DNA of 64,000 bases, from positions 32,614,001 through 32,678,000 of the forward strand of contig NC_086097.1 of NCBI RefSeq assembly GCF_963921235.1, written 5' to 3'. A program made the translations under genes and the position numbers. How positions within the stretch are numbered: the stretch's first letter is position 1; each line of letters opens with the position of its first letter. Of the stretch, positions 37,240 through 50,455 are shown in pieces. The notes under the pieces are model-generated. The model made no database searches. It had not been told where the DNA came from and was given only the letters and a program-made list of their open reading frames with translations. The DNA comes from Mobula hypostoma. Its lineage: Eukaryota.

Positions 37240-38110
37240 GAAAGTTCAAAGAAAATTTATTATCGAAGTACATATATGTTACCATATACATTCCCGAGAT
37301 TAATTTTCTTGCGGAAATACTCAATAAATCTGTAAAATAATAACCATTACAGAATCAATGAAAGACTGCAGCTACTTGGGTGTTCAACCAGGTTATAGAA
37401 GACAAAACACTGTGCAAGTACAAAAAGAAAGAAAGAATAATAACATTTAAGTAAGCAATAAATATTGACAACATGAGATGAAGAGTCCTTGAAGGCCATT
37501 GGTTGTGTGAACATTTCAATGATAGGGCATGAAGTTTTCCCCTTTGGTTCAAGAGCCCGATGGTTGAGGGGTAATAACTGTTCTTGAATCTGGCGGTGTG
37601 AATCCTGAGGCTCGTGTACCTTCATCCTGATGGCAGCAGTGAGAAGAGAGCATGTCTTGGGTGGTGGGGGCCCCTGATGATGGTTGTTGCTTTCCTGTAG
37701 ATGGTGGAGAGGGCTTTAGCCGTGATGGACTGGGCTATATCCACTCCTTTTTGTAGTATTTTCTGTTCAAGGGCCGTGATGTAACCAGTCAATATATTCT
37801 CCACCAGACATATATTGAAGTTTGTCAAGGGTTCAGATGTCATGCTGATGCTTCCTAAGGAAGTAGAGGCACTGTGTGCTTTCTTTGTAATTGCACTACT
37901 GTGCTGGGCCCAGGAACAGGTCCTCTGAAAAATAACACAGAGGAACTTAAATTTGCTGACCTTCTCCATCTCTGATCCTCCAATGAGAACTGGTGCATGA
38001 ACCTCTGGTTTGTTTCTTTTGAAGTTGATAATCACCTCCTTGGTCTTGCTGACATTGAGTAAGCGGCTGCTGTTACTGCACCACTCAGTCAGGTTTGCAA
38101 TCTCCCTCTT
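37240..38110 (-). mobile_element. Rex1/Babar 3' fragment
   Basis: EKVSKFKFLCV...PHHPRHALFSLLPSG; tail aataaattttctttgaacttt. Confidence 0.85.
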
Positions 38111-38184
38111 TTTGCACCTTTATGCAGTAAAAATGTCCCACACCACTTCACAGAAGAGTCATTAGATAAAAATTAACATTAGGG

Positions 38185-40700
38185 AGTTGCTATTAGGGAA
38201 TGAGATAGGGCAGGTGACAGAAGTGTGTGTTGGGGAACACTTTGCATCTAGTGGCCATAATGCCATTAGTTTCAAAGTAAATGTGCAAAAAGTTATACCT
38301 GGTCCGTGGGAGGAAATTCTAAATTGGAGTAAGATCAGCAATGACCTGGCAAATGTGAATTGGGATGGGCTGTTTTCAGGCAAAGGTGTACTTGGCAAGT
38401 GGGAGGTCTTCAAAAGTGAAATTTTGAGAGTACAAAGCTTGTATGTGCCTTTCAGAATAAAAGGTAAAGATAACAAGTTTAGGGAATCTTAGTTTTCAAG
38501 AGATATTAAGGCCCTGGTTAAGAGAAAAAAGGTCCTTTCTCTTTTTAAACTGGTTAAGAGGAGAATTGTTATTTTCTTTTTTTTATTATATATTTTATAC
38601 TAGATTAACAATATCTATGATTTTGACAATGTCTATTTTAATCTTGGTTACTGATATATATATTTGAACTAATTCTCCTCTTGATTATATTTATGTTTTT
38701 TTTAATCAATAAAAAGATTAATAAAGAAAGAAGAGAAAAAAGGAGGTACATAGCAAGTATAGGCAAGTAGGAACAAATGAGGTGCTTCTGGGGTATAAGA
38801 AATGCAAGGGAACACTTAAAAAAGAGATCAGGAGGGCTAAAAGAAGGCATGAAGTTGATGTAGCAGACAACATGAAAGAGAATCTTGAGGGATTCTACAG
38901 AGATGTTAAGAGCAAAAGGATTGCTGTGGACAAAATGGTCCTCTGAAAGACCAGAATGGTAATCCATGTGTGGAGCCAAAACAGATGGGGGGGGGGGGGG
39001 AGTCTTAATTTTTTTTTTGCATCTGTAGTTACTCAGGAGATGTACACAGAGCCTAAAGATGTGATGCAAAGTGCCATTAACTTCATGCACCCTGTACAGA
39101 TTACAGAGGAGGAGGTATTTGCTATCCTGAGGCAAATCAGGTTGGATAAGTCACCAGGGGCCGACAAAGTGTACTCTCAGATCCTATGGGAGACAAGTGC
39201 AGAAAATGCCAGGGCCCTAGCAGAGATATTTAGATTATCCTCAGCGACAGGAGAGATACCAGAGGATTGGAGGATAGCCAATGTGGTTCTGCAATTTAAA
39301 AATGGCTGCAAGCATAAACCAGGAAATTATTGCTGATGAGTCTGACATCAGCTTTTGGAAAGTTATTGGAAGGTATTCTAAGGGAGCGGATATACAACTA
39401 TTTGAATAGACATGCACTGATTAAGGATTGTTAGCACGGCTTCATGCATGGTAGGTCATGTATAACCAATCTTATAGACATTTTTGAGTAAGCTACCAGG
39501 AAAGTGGATGAAGACAAGGCAGTGGATGTCACCTACATGGACTTTAGCAAGGCACTTCACAAAGGCCTGCATGGGAGGTTGGTCAAGAAGGTTCAGTCGC
39601 CCAGCATTCTAGACGAGGTAATAAATTAGATTAGACATTGTCTTTTTGGGAGAAGACACAAAATGATAGTTGATAGTTTCCTCTCGGACTTGAGGTCTGT
39701 GACTAGCGGTGTGCTGCAGGGATCAGTGTTGGGTCCTTTGTCGTTTGTCATCTATATCAATGATCTGGTTGATAAAGTGATCAACTGGATCAGCAAACTT
39801 GCAGATGACACCAAGATCGGGGATGTAGTGGAGAGCGAGGAAGGCTATCATGGCTTGCAAAAGGATCGGCATCAGCTGGAAAAATGGCAGATAGAATTTA
39901 ATGTACCTAAGTGCAAGGTTTTCACTTTGCGAGGACCAACCAGGGTAGGTCTTGTACAGTGAACAGTAGGACACTGAGGAGTGTGACAGAACAAAAGGAG
40001 CTGGGAATATAGGTCCATAATTCATTGAAAGTTGCATCACAGGAAAACAGGGTCGTAAAGAAAGCTTTTGGCACATTGGCCTTGATAAATCAATGTACTG
40101 AGTTCAGGAGATGGGATGTTATGTTGAAGTTGTAGAAGATATTGGTGAGGCCTAATTTGGAGTACTGTGTGCAGTTTTGGTCACCTACCTACAGGAAAGA
40201 TGTAAACAAGGTTGAAAAAAGTACAGAGAAAATTTACAAGCATATTACTGGGTCTGAAGGACCTGAGTCATAAGGAAAGATTGAATAGGTTAGGACTGTA
40301 TTCCTTAGAATGTAGAAGATTGAGAGGAGATTTCATAGAGGTATATAAAATTATGAAAGGTATAGACAGGGTTAATGCAAGCATGTTTTTCCCCACTGAG
40401 ATTAGGTGGAATTACAACCAGAGGTCATGGGTTAAGGGTGAAAGGTGAGAAGTTTAAGGGAAACATGAGGGGAAACTTCTTCACTCAGAGGGTCATGAGT
40501 GTAGAATGAGCTGCCAGCACAAGTAATGCATGTGAGCTCAATTTCAATGTTTAAGAGAAGTTTGGATACGTACATGGATGGTAGGGGTATGGAGGGCTAT
40601 TGTTCTCGTGCTGGTCAATGAGAATGGGCAGTTTAAATGGATTTGGCATGGACTAGATGGGCCAAAGAGGCTGTTTCTCTGGTGTACTTCTCTATGACTG
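38185..40700 (+). mobile_element. CR1 LINE ORF2 remnant to 3' end, with a 198-bp insertion at 38533-38730
   Basis: LLGNEIGQV, DKSPGAD, YINDL...KLADDTK, RPNLEYCVQFWSP; tail ctctatgact. Confidence 0.9.
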
Positions 40701-40968
40701 ATCAAATTGCAAGTAGAGGTGAACTAAATATTGCTCAAAGACTTAGTCTGCATTAAAATCGATTTTGCTTTCTTTGTTCCGATTGCGTCTTCTTGTAAAA
40801 ATTGTTTTTTTTCTTGTAAATGCTGTTTATCAGATGTATGTGCCTGTCATGCTGCTGTAAGTGAATTTTTCCATTGCACCTGTACCTACAATAAACTTAA
40901 CCTTGACTTTAAAGTGAAGCAGTTATCTGAAGAGAGTAATGTAGATTAACATGAAATGCTGTACAAAC

Positions 40969-41230
40969 CGTAGATGGTCATGGGGACAGGCCGTGGCCAA
41001 CTTGGTTCGGAGAATGTGGAAATCTCTCACTGGGAACTGAGAGAGATTGATGGTCTTCAAATGTTCAAAGAAATGGGACGCCATCCTTGTCAGGGGTTCA
41101 AGGTGCAACGGGCTTTCAGGTGGCGGCAGTGGATCGATGTGCAGCACTGATACAGAGAGACTGCCAATTGCCAGCCGTAGAACAACCTCAGGTCGAGATT
41201 CATCAATAGAGTGCGGTTTGGAAGGGAGAC
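40969..41230 (-). CDS. ATG2B: ATG2B internal coding exon (3rd)
   Basis: tgtttttcag|GT...CATCTACG|gtttgt. Encodes LPSKPHSIDESRPEVVLRLAIGSLSVSVLHIDPLPPPE...ACPHDHLR. 262 nt, phase 1 to 2. Confidence 0.93.
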
Positions 41231-41659
41231 CTGAAAAACAAGGAGGGAAAATTTTGCCAGTAATTTCTGAACCTTAATATTGGACAGAGAAAGCAACAAA
41301 ACACCCTAAGGTAATCACACTCTTCCAAATTACCCCAGATTCTTGTTTATCAAAACTACATCCCACTATTAGTCTTTCTTATTATTACTCCCAGACTTAA
41401 TCCTCCCTGGTATCCCCTCTGCTGAAACCAAGGCTCATCACGTTCAGTATACCTGGTGAGCTTCCCAGGATCTCTTAACCATAGCATTCCTCACACCTCA
41501 TTAATCTGACCAAGCGCTATGCCTCTCCTAGTGTGACAGAGTTAATGGGGAGATGCAGATGAGCTCTCTTATGGCCTGTGTTATTTCCAAACTAAAACTT
41601 ATTTTTTGCACTATTTCCTCACTTCTGGCTACGGACTGTTAATTTCTTTGAGAATGTTA

Positions 41660-44260
41660 CTGTAAGAACGGACAAGGGAGAACCTGTGGATGTGGTGCAC
41701 TTGGATTTTCAGAAGGCATTTCATAAAATCCCATGCAAGAACTTTAGCATTCACATCAAGAGGACTAGAATATTAAAAAAACATGTAATGCTGTGGCTTT
41801 GTAAGGGATTGGTCAGACCGCACTTGCAGTATTGTGACCCTTATCTAAGAAGGATATACTGGCATTGGAGAAGGTCAATGAGGATTCATGAGAATGACCC
41901 TTGGAATGAAAGGGTTAACGCATGAGGAATGTTTGATGGTTTTGGGCTGTACTCACTTGAGTTTAAAAGAATGGAAGTGGGTGTTATCTCATTGAAATCT
42001 ATGGCATATTGAAAGACTTACACAGAGTGGACATGGAGAGGATGTTTCCTATCGTGGGGGGATTCTAGAACCAGAGGGCACAGCCTCAGAACAGAAGGAC
42101 ATCCCTTTAGAGTAGAGATGAGGAGGAGTTTATTTTGCCAGAGGGTGTTGAATCTGTGAAATTCATTGCCACAGACAGCTGTGGAGGCCAAGTCATTGAG
42201 TATATTTAAAGTTGATAGTTTCTTGATTAGTAAGGGTGTCAAAGGTTATGGGGAGAAGGCAGGACAATGAGATTGAGAGGAATAATAAATCAGCCACGAT
42301 GGAGTGGGAGAACAGATTCGCTGGGTCAATTGTCTTAATTCTTATCCTGTCTTATGATCTAACTTATTGTACAAAATTTGGCATGAGGTATACAACATTA
42401 TGAGGGGTATATACAAGGTTAATGCAAGCAGGCTTTTTACACTGAGATTTGGCAAGACCTGAATTCAAGGTTAAAGGTGAAAGGTGAAGTAGTTAAGGGA
42501 AACATGAAGGACAACTTTTTCATTCAGAGGGTGGTGTGAGTGTGAAAGGAACTGCCAGCAGATGTGGTGGATGCAGGTGTGATTTCAACATTTAAGAGAA
42601 ATTTGGATAAGTATATGAATGGCAGGGTGATGGAGGGCTATGGTCCAGGTGTTGGTTGAAGAGATTAGGCAGAATATTACAGCATAAGCTAGACGGGCCA
42701 ATTGGCCTGTTTCTGTGGTGTATTGCTTTAGGACCCCATTAAATTAATACAATGGGATGGGGAGGTTGCAATATTCAGGATGAGAATTGGTTAGAGGACA
42801 GGAAACAAATGGAATAAGCGATTCCCTTCTTGAGGTGGGAACAGGTATGGTCTGGGATCAGTGATTGGGCCTAAACTATTTACATTCCATATCAATGATT
42901 TGGAAAAACATTTCTAAGCTTGTTGATAACATTATACTGGGTGGGATAGAGAGCTGTAGGATGCAAACAGGCTTCATGGTGATTTGGATAAACTGTGTGA
43001 GTGCGAAAAGATATGGCAGATGCAGCCTGTCTTAAGTGTCTCTTAAACATAATGATTACATCTGATTCTACTAGCTCCTCTGGCAGTAAGTTCCAGATAT
43101 CAAACACTCGGTGTGTGTAAAAAAAAAAAAAAAAATATTACCCTTCAGTTCCACTTTAAAACTCCTTCCTCTCACCTTAAATCAATGCCCTCTTGTTCCG
43201 GATAATCTTAAAATGAGAAAAAAAATTATCTACTCTATGTTTCCCAAAATCTAAAATACCCCTCTCAGGTCACCCTTCAACCTCCTTCACCCAAGGGAAA
43301 AGCAAACCAAGCCTATCTAATTTCCCCCCATAACCAAAATATTCCAGGTCAGGCAGCATCCCGGTGAATCTTCTCTGCAATCTCTGCAGCACAACCACGC
43401 ACATCCTGGAGTGTCATAGTCTCAGAAAGTACTACAGAACAGAAACAGGTCCATCGCCCCATCTAGACTGTGCTGAACTATTAGTCTACCTAGTCCCATC
43501 AACCCATCCATTCCCATCCTATCCCATCCATGTAGTTATCCAATTTCTCTTAAATTTTGAAATCAAACTGACATCCATCACTTCTGCTGGTAGCTCATTC
43601 CATACTCTTATCACCCTCTGGATGAAGAAAGTCCCTTTCAAGTTCCCCTTAAATAGTTCACTTTTCACCCTCAACCCATGGCATTTTCAAGGAATTATAG
43701 AGCTGTATTCCCAGATCCCTCTGATCTACTGCACTCCTCAGTGCCTCAAGTCCTATTCTGGTTTGTCTTCCCAAAGTGCAACACCTCACTTGTCTGCATT
43801 AAATTCCATCTGCCATTTTTCAGAACATTTCTCCAGCACTTGCAGATCTCATTGCAAACTTTGATAGCCTTCTTCACTGTCCACTGCATCCCCAACCTTG
43901 GTGTCATCCACAAAATTTGCTGATCAAGTTTATTACATTATCATCCAGATGGTTGATATAGATGGCAAACAACAACAGATGCAGCACCAATCCCTGCATC
44001 ATACCACTAGTCACAGGCCTCTAGTCAAAGAGGCAACCATCTACTACCACTCTATGGCTTCTCCTGCAATGCCAATGTCCAATCCAATTTATACCTCATC
44101 CTGAATGCCAAGCGATTGAACCTTCTTGACTAACCTCCCATGTGGGGTGTTAACTGCCTTGCTAAAGTCCATGTAGAAAAAATCCACTGCCTTGCCTTTA
44201 TCAACTTTCCTATTAACTTCCATGAAAAATTGTAAGGCTGATTAGACAGCACTGTATGAA
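41660..44260. mobile_element. Cluster of CR1 fragments in both orientations
   Basis: DVVHLDFQKAF and VRPHLQYC on plus; minus-strand CR1 RT and 3' remnants at 43030-44260. Confidence 0.75.
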
Positions 44261-44609
44261 ATATTCCAAGTATGGCCTATCCATTAAGTATTTATCATTG
44301 ATGGTGGCACTCACAATTATTTTGTTCTCAGAAGATCTATCCTGGACCCAACATATTGATGCCATTATGAAGAAGGCATGCCAATGGCTATATTTCATTA
44401 GGCATTTGAGATTTAGTATGTCACTACAGATTCTTGCAAATTTCTACAGGTGTAGCATGGAGAGCAATCTGACTGGTTACATCAGTGTTTGGTATGAATG
44501 GGTCACTGCAAAGCATTGTAAAAAAAACTGCAAAGAGTTGTAAGCTCAGCCAGCTCCACCATGGGCACTGGCCTCCCCACTTTCGAGGATACCTTCAAAA
44601 GGTGATACG

Positions 44610-45330
44610 TCAAGAACACAAAAGATCCTGCATGTGCTGGAAATCCAGAGCAACACACACAAAATGCTGGAGGAGCACATCAGTTCAGTCACCATCTATG
44701 GAAATGAATAAACAGTTGATGTTTTGGATCAAGACCCTTATCAGAACTAGTTAGGAAGGGAGAAGATGCCAGAATAAGAAGGTGGGGTCCACTTTGTCGA
44801 GCACTTCAGCTCAGTCTGCAAAAAGCTGAATTTCATGGTGGCCAACCATTTCAATTCCTATTCCTCTGACATGTTGGTCCACGGCCTCCTCTTCTGTCAT
44901 GATGAGGCCACTCTCAGGTTCAAGGAACAACACCTCATATTTCTTCTGGTAGCCTCCAACTTCAGTAATATTTTCCCCTCCCCTCCCCGCTTCATTTCCC
45001 TACTCTGGCTTCATACTTTTTCTCTTCTCTTGCCTATCGCCTCTCCCTGGTGCCCCTCCTCTTTCCCTTTCTCCTCTCATATTAGATTCCTTTTTCTTCA
45101 CCCCTTGTCTTTTCTGCTTATCACCTCTCAGCTTCTTACTTCACCCCCCCTCCTCCACCCACCTGGCTTCACCTATCATCTTCTAGCCTGTCCTCTGCCT
45201 CCTCCCCAAACCTCCTTATTCTGGCAACTTTTCCCTGCATTTTCAATCTCAACCCAAAATGTCGACTGTTTATTCATTTCCATAGATGCTGTCTGACCTG
45301 CTGAGTTCCTTCACCATTTTATGTGTGATG
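44610..45330 (+). mobile_element. Penelope-like element remnant (inverted pseudo-LTR, GIY-YIG-region C-terminal remnant, pseudo-LTR) nested in a Rex fragment (~44310-45650)
   Basis: 44610-44790 is the reverse complement of the pseudo-LTR at 45190-45330. Between them lie VEH/VANHFNS/EQHLIF remnants. Confidence 0.75.
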
Positions 45331-45755
45331 CTTCAAGAAGACAGCATCTGTAGTCAGGGACCCCCACCACCTTGGACACGTCCACTTCTCATTACTACCA
45401 TCAGGAGGGAGGTACAGGAGCCTAACAACACACACTAAATGTTTAGGAACAGCTTCTTCCCCTCCACTATCAGATTTCTGAACAGTCCATGAACCCATGA
45501 AAATTATCTCACTACTCTGCTCTCTTTTTGCACTACATCTTATATGTTCCATCATAACTTATGGAATTTATTATTTATTTAACTGTACTGCACCGCAAAA
45601 CAACAAATTTCACAATATTTGTCTGACAATAAATCTGATTCTGATTGCTGTCTGCAAAAGTCTGTTAAAATTTTCGCAATAGTTTAAGTGTGACTCAATT
45701 TCCATTAAAATGAATGCAGGCACAGTCCGATTTGACAGTTCACTGTTCAACCTAC

Positions 45756-45873
45756 TGCTTGGTCGGAGTGGCCTCTGCATTATTGGTAACTCTTTGGAGT
45801 TAAGTGGTGACCCCCGTGTTGTTTGGCCTCCTGGTCCAGAACGATCCACGTAATCATCCCATGGCGTTGAAAA
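45756..45873 (-). CDS. ATG2B: ATG2B internal coding exon (2nd, divergent linker)
   Basis: atatttcag|TTTTCAACGCCATGG...CCAAGCA|gtaggt. Encodes FSTPWDDYVDRSGPGGQTTRGSPLNSKELPIMQRPLRPS. 118 nt, phase 0 to 1, fits both neighbours. Protein similarity is weak and the donor position is less certain. Confidence 0.75.
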
Positions 45874-46654
45874 CTGAAATATAGAAAGATTAATTTTATA
45901 TATTTTTTCTGTATCATGCTCAAAGTTAAAAGGGCCTTTTGCTTGATATCAGAACACAAGGGACATTGACAAGGTTACACGTAATTACATCAAGAAACAA
46001 CCAACACTAGGGTTGGCTTCTTGAGAGCTACAAATGAAAGGTGACAAGGTTTTGTAAAACCTGCAAAAAATCTTGGAAAGAGTGAACAGTTGTGGCTCTA
46101 AGTTATAAAAAGCATAAGCAATGGAGAAGTAGAAAAAAAAAGACTGATGCTACCAATGAGATATTATACCTATCTGGAAAGACTGAACAAGACAGCACTG
46201 CATTCTCCAAAACAACAAAGCATGATAGAGAACTTGAACATTGTGGACTTCATTAATCAACTTGTGAAGAAGTTGCTTCACTTCCGGAATCATCTCTGGT
46301 CTGAAGTCAAATAGAGTTGTGCAGCACAGAAACAGGTCCTTCAGCCTACCACATCCATATTGACCCTTTTGTCCATCATAAGACCATAAAACATAGGAGC
46401 AGACTTAGGCCATCTGGCCCATTGAGTCTGCTCCACCAGTCAATCATGGCTGATTTATTATCCCTCTCAACCCCATTCTCCAGTCTTCTCCCACAAATGA
46501 ATTCCACAGATTCACTACCTTCTTGCTAAAGAAATTCCTCCTCAGCTCTGTTCTTAAGGGACATCCTTGCATTTGGAAGCTGTGCCCTCTGGTCCTGACT
46601 TACTCACCATTAGAAATATCCACTTCACATCCACGCTATCTAGGTCTTTAATAA

Positions 46655-46877
46655 ACACACATCAAAGTTGCTGGTGAACGCAGCAGGCCACGCAGCATCT
46701 CTAGGAAGAGGGACAGTCGACGTTTCAGGCCAAGACCCTTAGTTAGTCCTGATGAAGGGTCTCGGCCTGAAACGTCGACTGTACCTCTTCCTAGAGATGC
46801 TGCCTGGCCTGCTGCGTTCACCAGCAACTTTGATGTGTGTTGCTTGGATTTCCAGCACCTGCAGAATTCCTGTTGTT
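46655..46877. mobile_element. Fold-back (hairpin) Penelope-derived non-autonomous insertion
   Basis: 14-bp TSD taggtctttaataa (46641-46654 and 46878-46891). 86-bp inverted arms 46655-46740 and 46755-46840 with 3 mismatches. Confidence 0.9.
46745..46780 (+). ncRNA. Minimal type I hammerhead ribozyme motif (Penelope pseudo-LTR type)
   Basis: agtc-CTGATGA-agg(gtctcgg)cct-GAAA-C-GTC-gact: stem I, catalytic core, stem II and a GUC cleavage triplet. Stem III is vestigial. Confidence 0.8.
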
Positions 46878-47104
46878 TAGGTCTTTAATAATTTGGTAGG
46901 TTTCAATGAGACCTCATTCTTGTAAACTCCAGTGAGTACAAACCCGGAGCAATCAAATGCTCCTCATATTTTAACCTTTTAATTCCCGGGTTCATTCTTG
47001 TAATATTCCTCTGGGTCCTCTTTAATTTAAGCACATCCTTTCTTAGATATGGGACAAAATGCGGCTCACAATACTCCAAATGCAATATGATAAATGCCTT
47101 ATAG

Positions 47105-48560
47105 AACATAGAACATAGAACAGTACAGCACAGTACAGGCCCTTCAGCTCACAATGTTGTGTCGACCCTCAAACCCTGCCTCCCATATAACCCCCCACCT
47201 TAAATTCCTCCATATACCTGTCTAGTAGTCTCTTAAATTTCACTAGTGTATCTGCCTCCACCACTGACTCAGGCAGTGCATTCCACGCACCAACCACTCT
47301 CTGCGTAAAAAACCTTCCTCTAATATCCCCCTTGAACTTCCCACCCCTTACCTTAAAGCCATGTCCTCTTGTATTGAGCAGTGGTGCCCTGGGGAAGAGG
47401 CGCTGGCTATCCACTCTATCTATTCCTCTTATTATCTTGTACACCTCTATCATGTCTCCTCTCATCCTCCTTCTCTCCAAAGAGTAAAGCCCTAGCTCCC
47501 TTAACCTCTGATCATAATGCATACACTCTAAACCAGGCAGCATCCTAGTAAATCTCTTCTGTACCCATTCCAATGCTTCCACATCCTTCCTATAGTGAGG
47601 TGACCAGAACTGGACACAGTACTCCAAGTGTGGCCTAACCAGAGTTTTGTAGAGCTGCATCATTACATCGCAACTCTTAAACTCTATCCCTCGACTTATG
47701 AAAGCTAACACCCCATAAGCTTTCTTAACTACCCTATCCACCTGTGAGGCAACTTTCAGGGATCTGTGGACATGTACCCCCTGATCCCTCTGCTCCTCCA
47801 CACTACCAAGTATCCTGCCATTTACTTGGTACTCTGCCTTGGGGTTTGTCCTTCCAAAGTGTACCACCTCACACTTCTCCGGGTTGAGCTCCATCTGCCA
47901 CTTCTCAGCCCACTTCTGAATCCTGTCAATGTCTCTCTGAAATTTTCGACAATCCTCTACACTATCTACAACACCACCAACCCTTGTGTCATCTGCAAAC
48001 TTGCCAACCCACCTTTCTACCCCCACATCCAGGTTGTTAATAAAAATCACGAAAAGTAGAGGTCCCAGAACAGATCCTTGTGGGACACCACTAGTCACAA
48101 ACCTCCAATCTGAATGTACTCCCTCCACCACGACCCTCTGCCTTCTGCAGGCAAGCCAATTTTGAATCCACCTGGCCAAACTTCCCTGGATCCCATGCCT
48201 TCTGACTTTCTGAATAAGCCTACTGTGTGGAACCTTGTCAAATGCCTTACTAAAATCCATATAGATCACATCCACTGCACTACCCTCATCTATATGCCTG
48301 GTCACCTCCTCAAAGAACTCTATCAGGCTTGTTAGACACGATCTGCCCTTCACAAAGCCATGCTGACTGTCCCTATCAGACCATGATTCTCTAAATGTCC
48401 AGAAATTCTATCTCTAAGAATCTTTTCCAACAGCTTTCCCACCACAGACGTAAGGCTCACTGGCCTATAATTACCTGGACTATCCCTACTACCTTTTTTG
48501 AACAAGGCGACAACTTTCGCCTCCCTCCAATCCTCCGGTACCATTCCCGTAGACAACGAG
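47105..48560 (-). mobile_element. Young 5'-truncated CR1 copy with open RT-to-C-terminus frame (47169-48353)
   Basis: 394-aa ORF with [29 protein letters not shown]; (ttctatg)n tail. Confidence 0.95.
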
Positions 48561-49324
48561 CTCAGCATTACATCCTTGCATTTATATTCTAGTCCTTTGA
48601 AAATGAATGCTAACATTGTATTTGCCTTCTTTACAATCGACTCAACCTGCAAGGTAACCTTGAGGGAATCACGAGGACTCCGAAGTCCCTCTGCACCTTC
48701 GATTTCTGTATTTTCTTTGGGTTAGGAAAATAATCTATACCTTTACTCCTTCTACCAAAGTTCATGACCGAGCACTTCCCAATACTGTATTCCAACTTCC
48801 ACTTCTTTCCCCATTCTCCTAATCTGCCCTAGTCCTTCTGCAGACTCCTTGCTTCCTTCACCCTACCTGCCTCTCCACCTATTATTTCATCTGCAAACTT
48901 GGCCAAAAAGCCATCAATTCCATTGTCCAGATCATTAGCATATCACCTGAACTGCACAGAACACCACTAGTCACTGGCAGCTAACCAGAAAAGGCCTCCT
49001 TTATTACTGTTCTTTTCCCACTCCAAAACTCACCTGTCTGTAGTCAATAGAAAAAATCTTTAAGTGTGAGACTTGAATGACTTATCGCTCAGAGGAGAAC
49101 AGGATGCACATTAATAACAAGGTGGAAGTACATGACAGACCATCAATCTTTCTGATACCAGCAATGAGTAGGCAAATTTACTGGTTCATTTTATAGCTTT
49201 GCCATTGTGGAGTTGAACTTCTGACATTAGAGTTCTAGTTCTTAACATTACATTACAACACATACAACACTATTCCGAGCCTGGGGTTATGAACAAAGTG
49301 CTGCTGACTTATAACGGTATAATT

Positions 49325-49700
49325 ATAAACACAAGGGAGTCTGCAGATGCTGGAAATCCAGAGCAACACATATAAAATGCTGGGGGAGCTCAGACCATCA
49401 GGCAGCATCTGTAAAAGGGAATAAGCAGTCAACATCTCAGGCCAAGACCCTTCAGCAGGACTGAATGGGAAGGGGGCAAAAATCAGAAGGAGAAGATGGG
49501 GGGAGGAGAAGGAGTACAAACTACCAAGCGAAAAGTGAAACCAGGTACGGGGGAAAAGTAGGTGTTTGGGAGAGGGGATATGATGCATGGTGCTAAGAGG
49601 TGATATATGGAAGAAGTAAAAGGCTGAAGAAGGTATCTGATAGGAGGGGACAGTGAACCATGGAAGAAAGGAGGAAGGGTATCAGAAGCAGGTGAGGATA
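49325..49700 (-). mobile_element. Penelope pseudo-LTR fragment
   Basis: Reverse complement reads cagtcctgctgaagggtcttggcctgagatgttgactg...ccagcattttatatgtgttgctctggatttccagcatctgcag. Confidence 0.75.
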
Positions 49701-49829
49701 AAAGAAAATAAGTAATTACACTATTTTGTCAGCATGATTAGGAATGTGACATGTAATATACTGCATTATAACCTTGTACTACATATTTTTCAACATAGCT
49801 GTGGATGAAATGATGGCCAAAAGCATAAA

Positions 49830-50290
49830 AGCATAAGACATAGAAGCAGAATTAGGCCATTCAGCCCATCAATTCTCCTCTGCCATTGCATCATGGTTGA
49901 TTATCTTTCTCAACTTAATTCTCCTGCTTTCTCCCCATACCCCTGATGCCCTTACTGATTAAGAACCTATCAATCTCAGTTTTAAATACACCCTACGACT
50001 TGGCCTCCACAGACATCTGCGGCAATGAATTCCACAAATTCATCACCCTCCTGCTTAAGAAATTCCTCCTCACCTCTGCTCTAAAACGACATCCTTCTGT
50101 TCTGTGACTGTGACTCTAGTTTTAGACTCTCCACGTTCACTCTATCTAGGTCTTTCAATATTCAATAGTTTCCAATTAGATCCTCCCTGTCATTCTTCTA
50201 AACTCCAGCAAGTACAGGTCTAGAACCATCAAATGCTCCATATACATTAACCCTTTCATTCCCAGTATGAACATTCCTGGATTATCATAC
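49830..50290 (-). mobile_element. CR1 3' fragment ending ~15 nt from an ATG2B donor site
   Basis: CR1 3' coding remnant and UTR with cataagacatag tail. Confidence 0.75.
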
Positions 50291-50303
50291 GCACTCTGCT
50301 TAC

Positions 50304-50455
50304 CCCTGTGGCGCTCTGCGGTGAGCTGTCTGTTGAGTTGATATGTGTACTGCTCAGTGATAATTCCATATCTACAGTTGGTTCTCCCAGAGGTGGAAGG
50401 GATGCCACACTGTTTGACATTTCCATGTCTGCCATTGAGAAAAAGACGTCATCTT
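50304..50455 (-). CDS. ATG2B: ATG2B internal coding exon (1st of 12 in window)
   Basis: tttctctcagcag|AAGATGAC...GCCACAGGG|gtaagc. Encodes (E)DDVFFSMADMEMSNSVASLPPLGEPTVDMELSLSSTHINSTDSSPQSATG, matching recalled vertebrate ATG2B EEEVFFSMADMDMSHSLSSLPPLGDPP. Phase 1 to 0. Alternative NAGNAG start at 50458. Confidence 0.92.

Larger units (their letters stand above)
46375..49025 (-). mobile_element. Older CR1 3' half hosting two nested insertions
   Basis: LHLEYC...LRKDV and QVESIVKKANTMLAFI continue across the inserts; cataagaccata tail near 46375. Confidence 0.85.
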
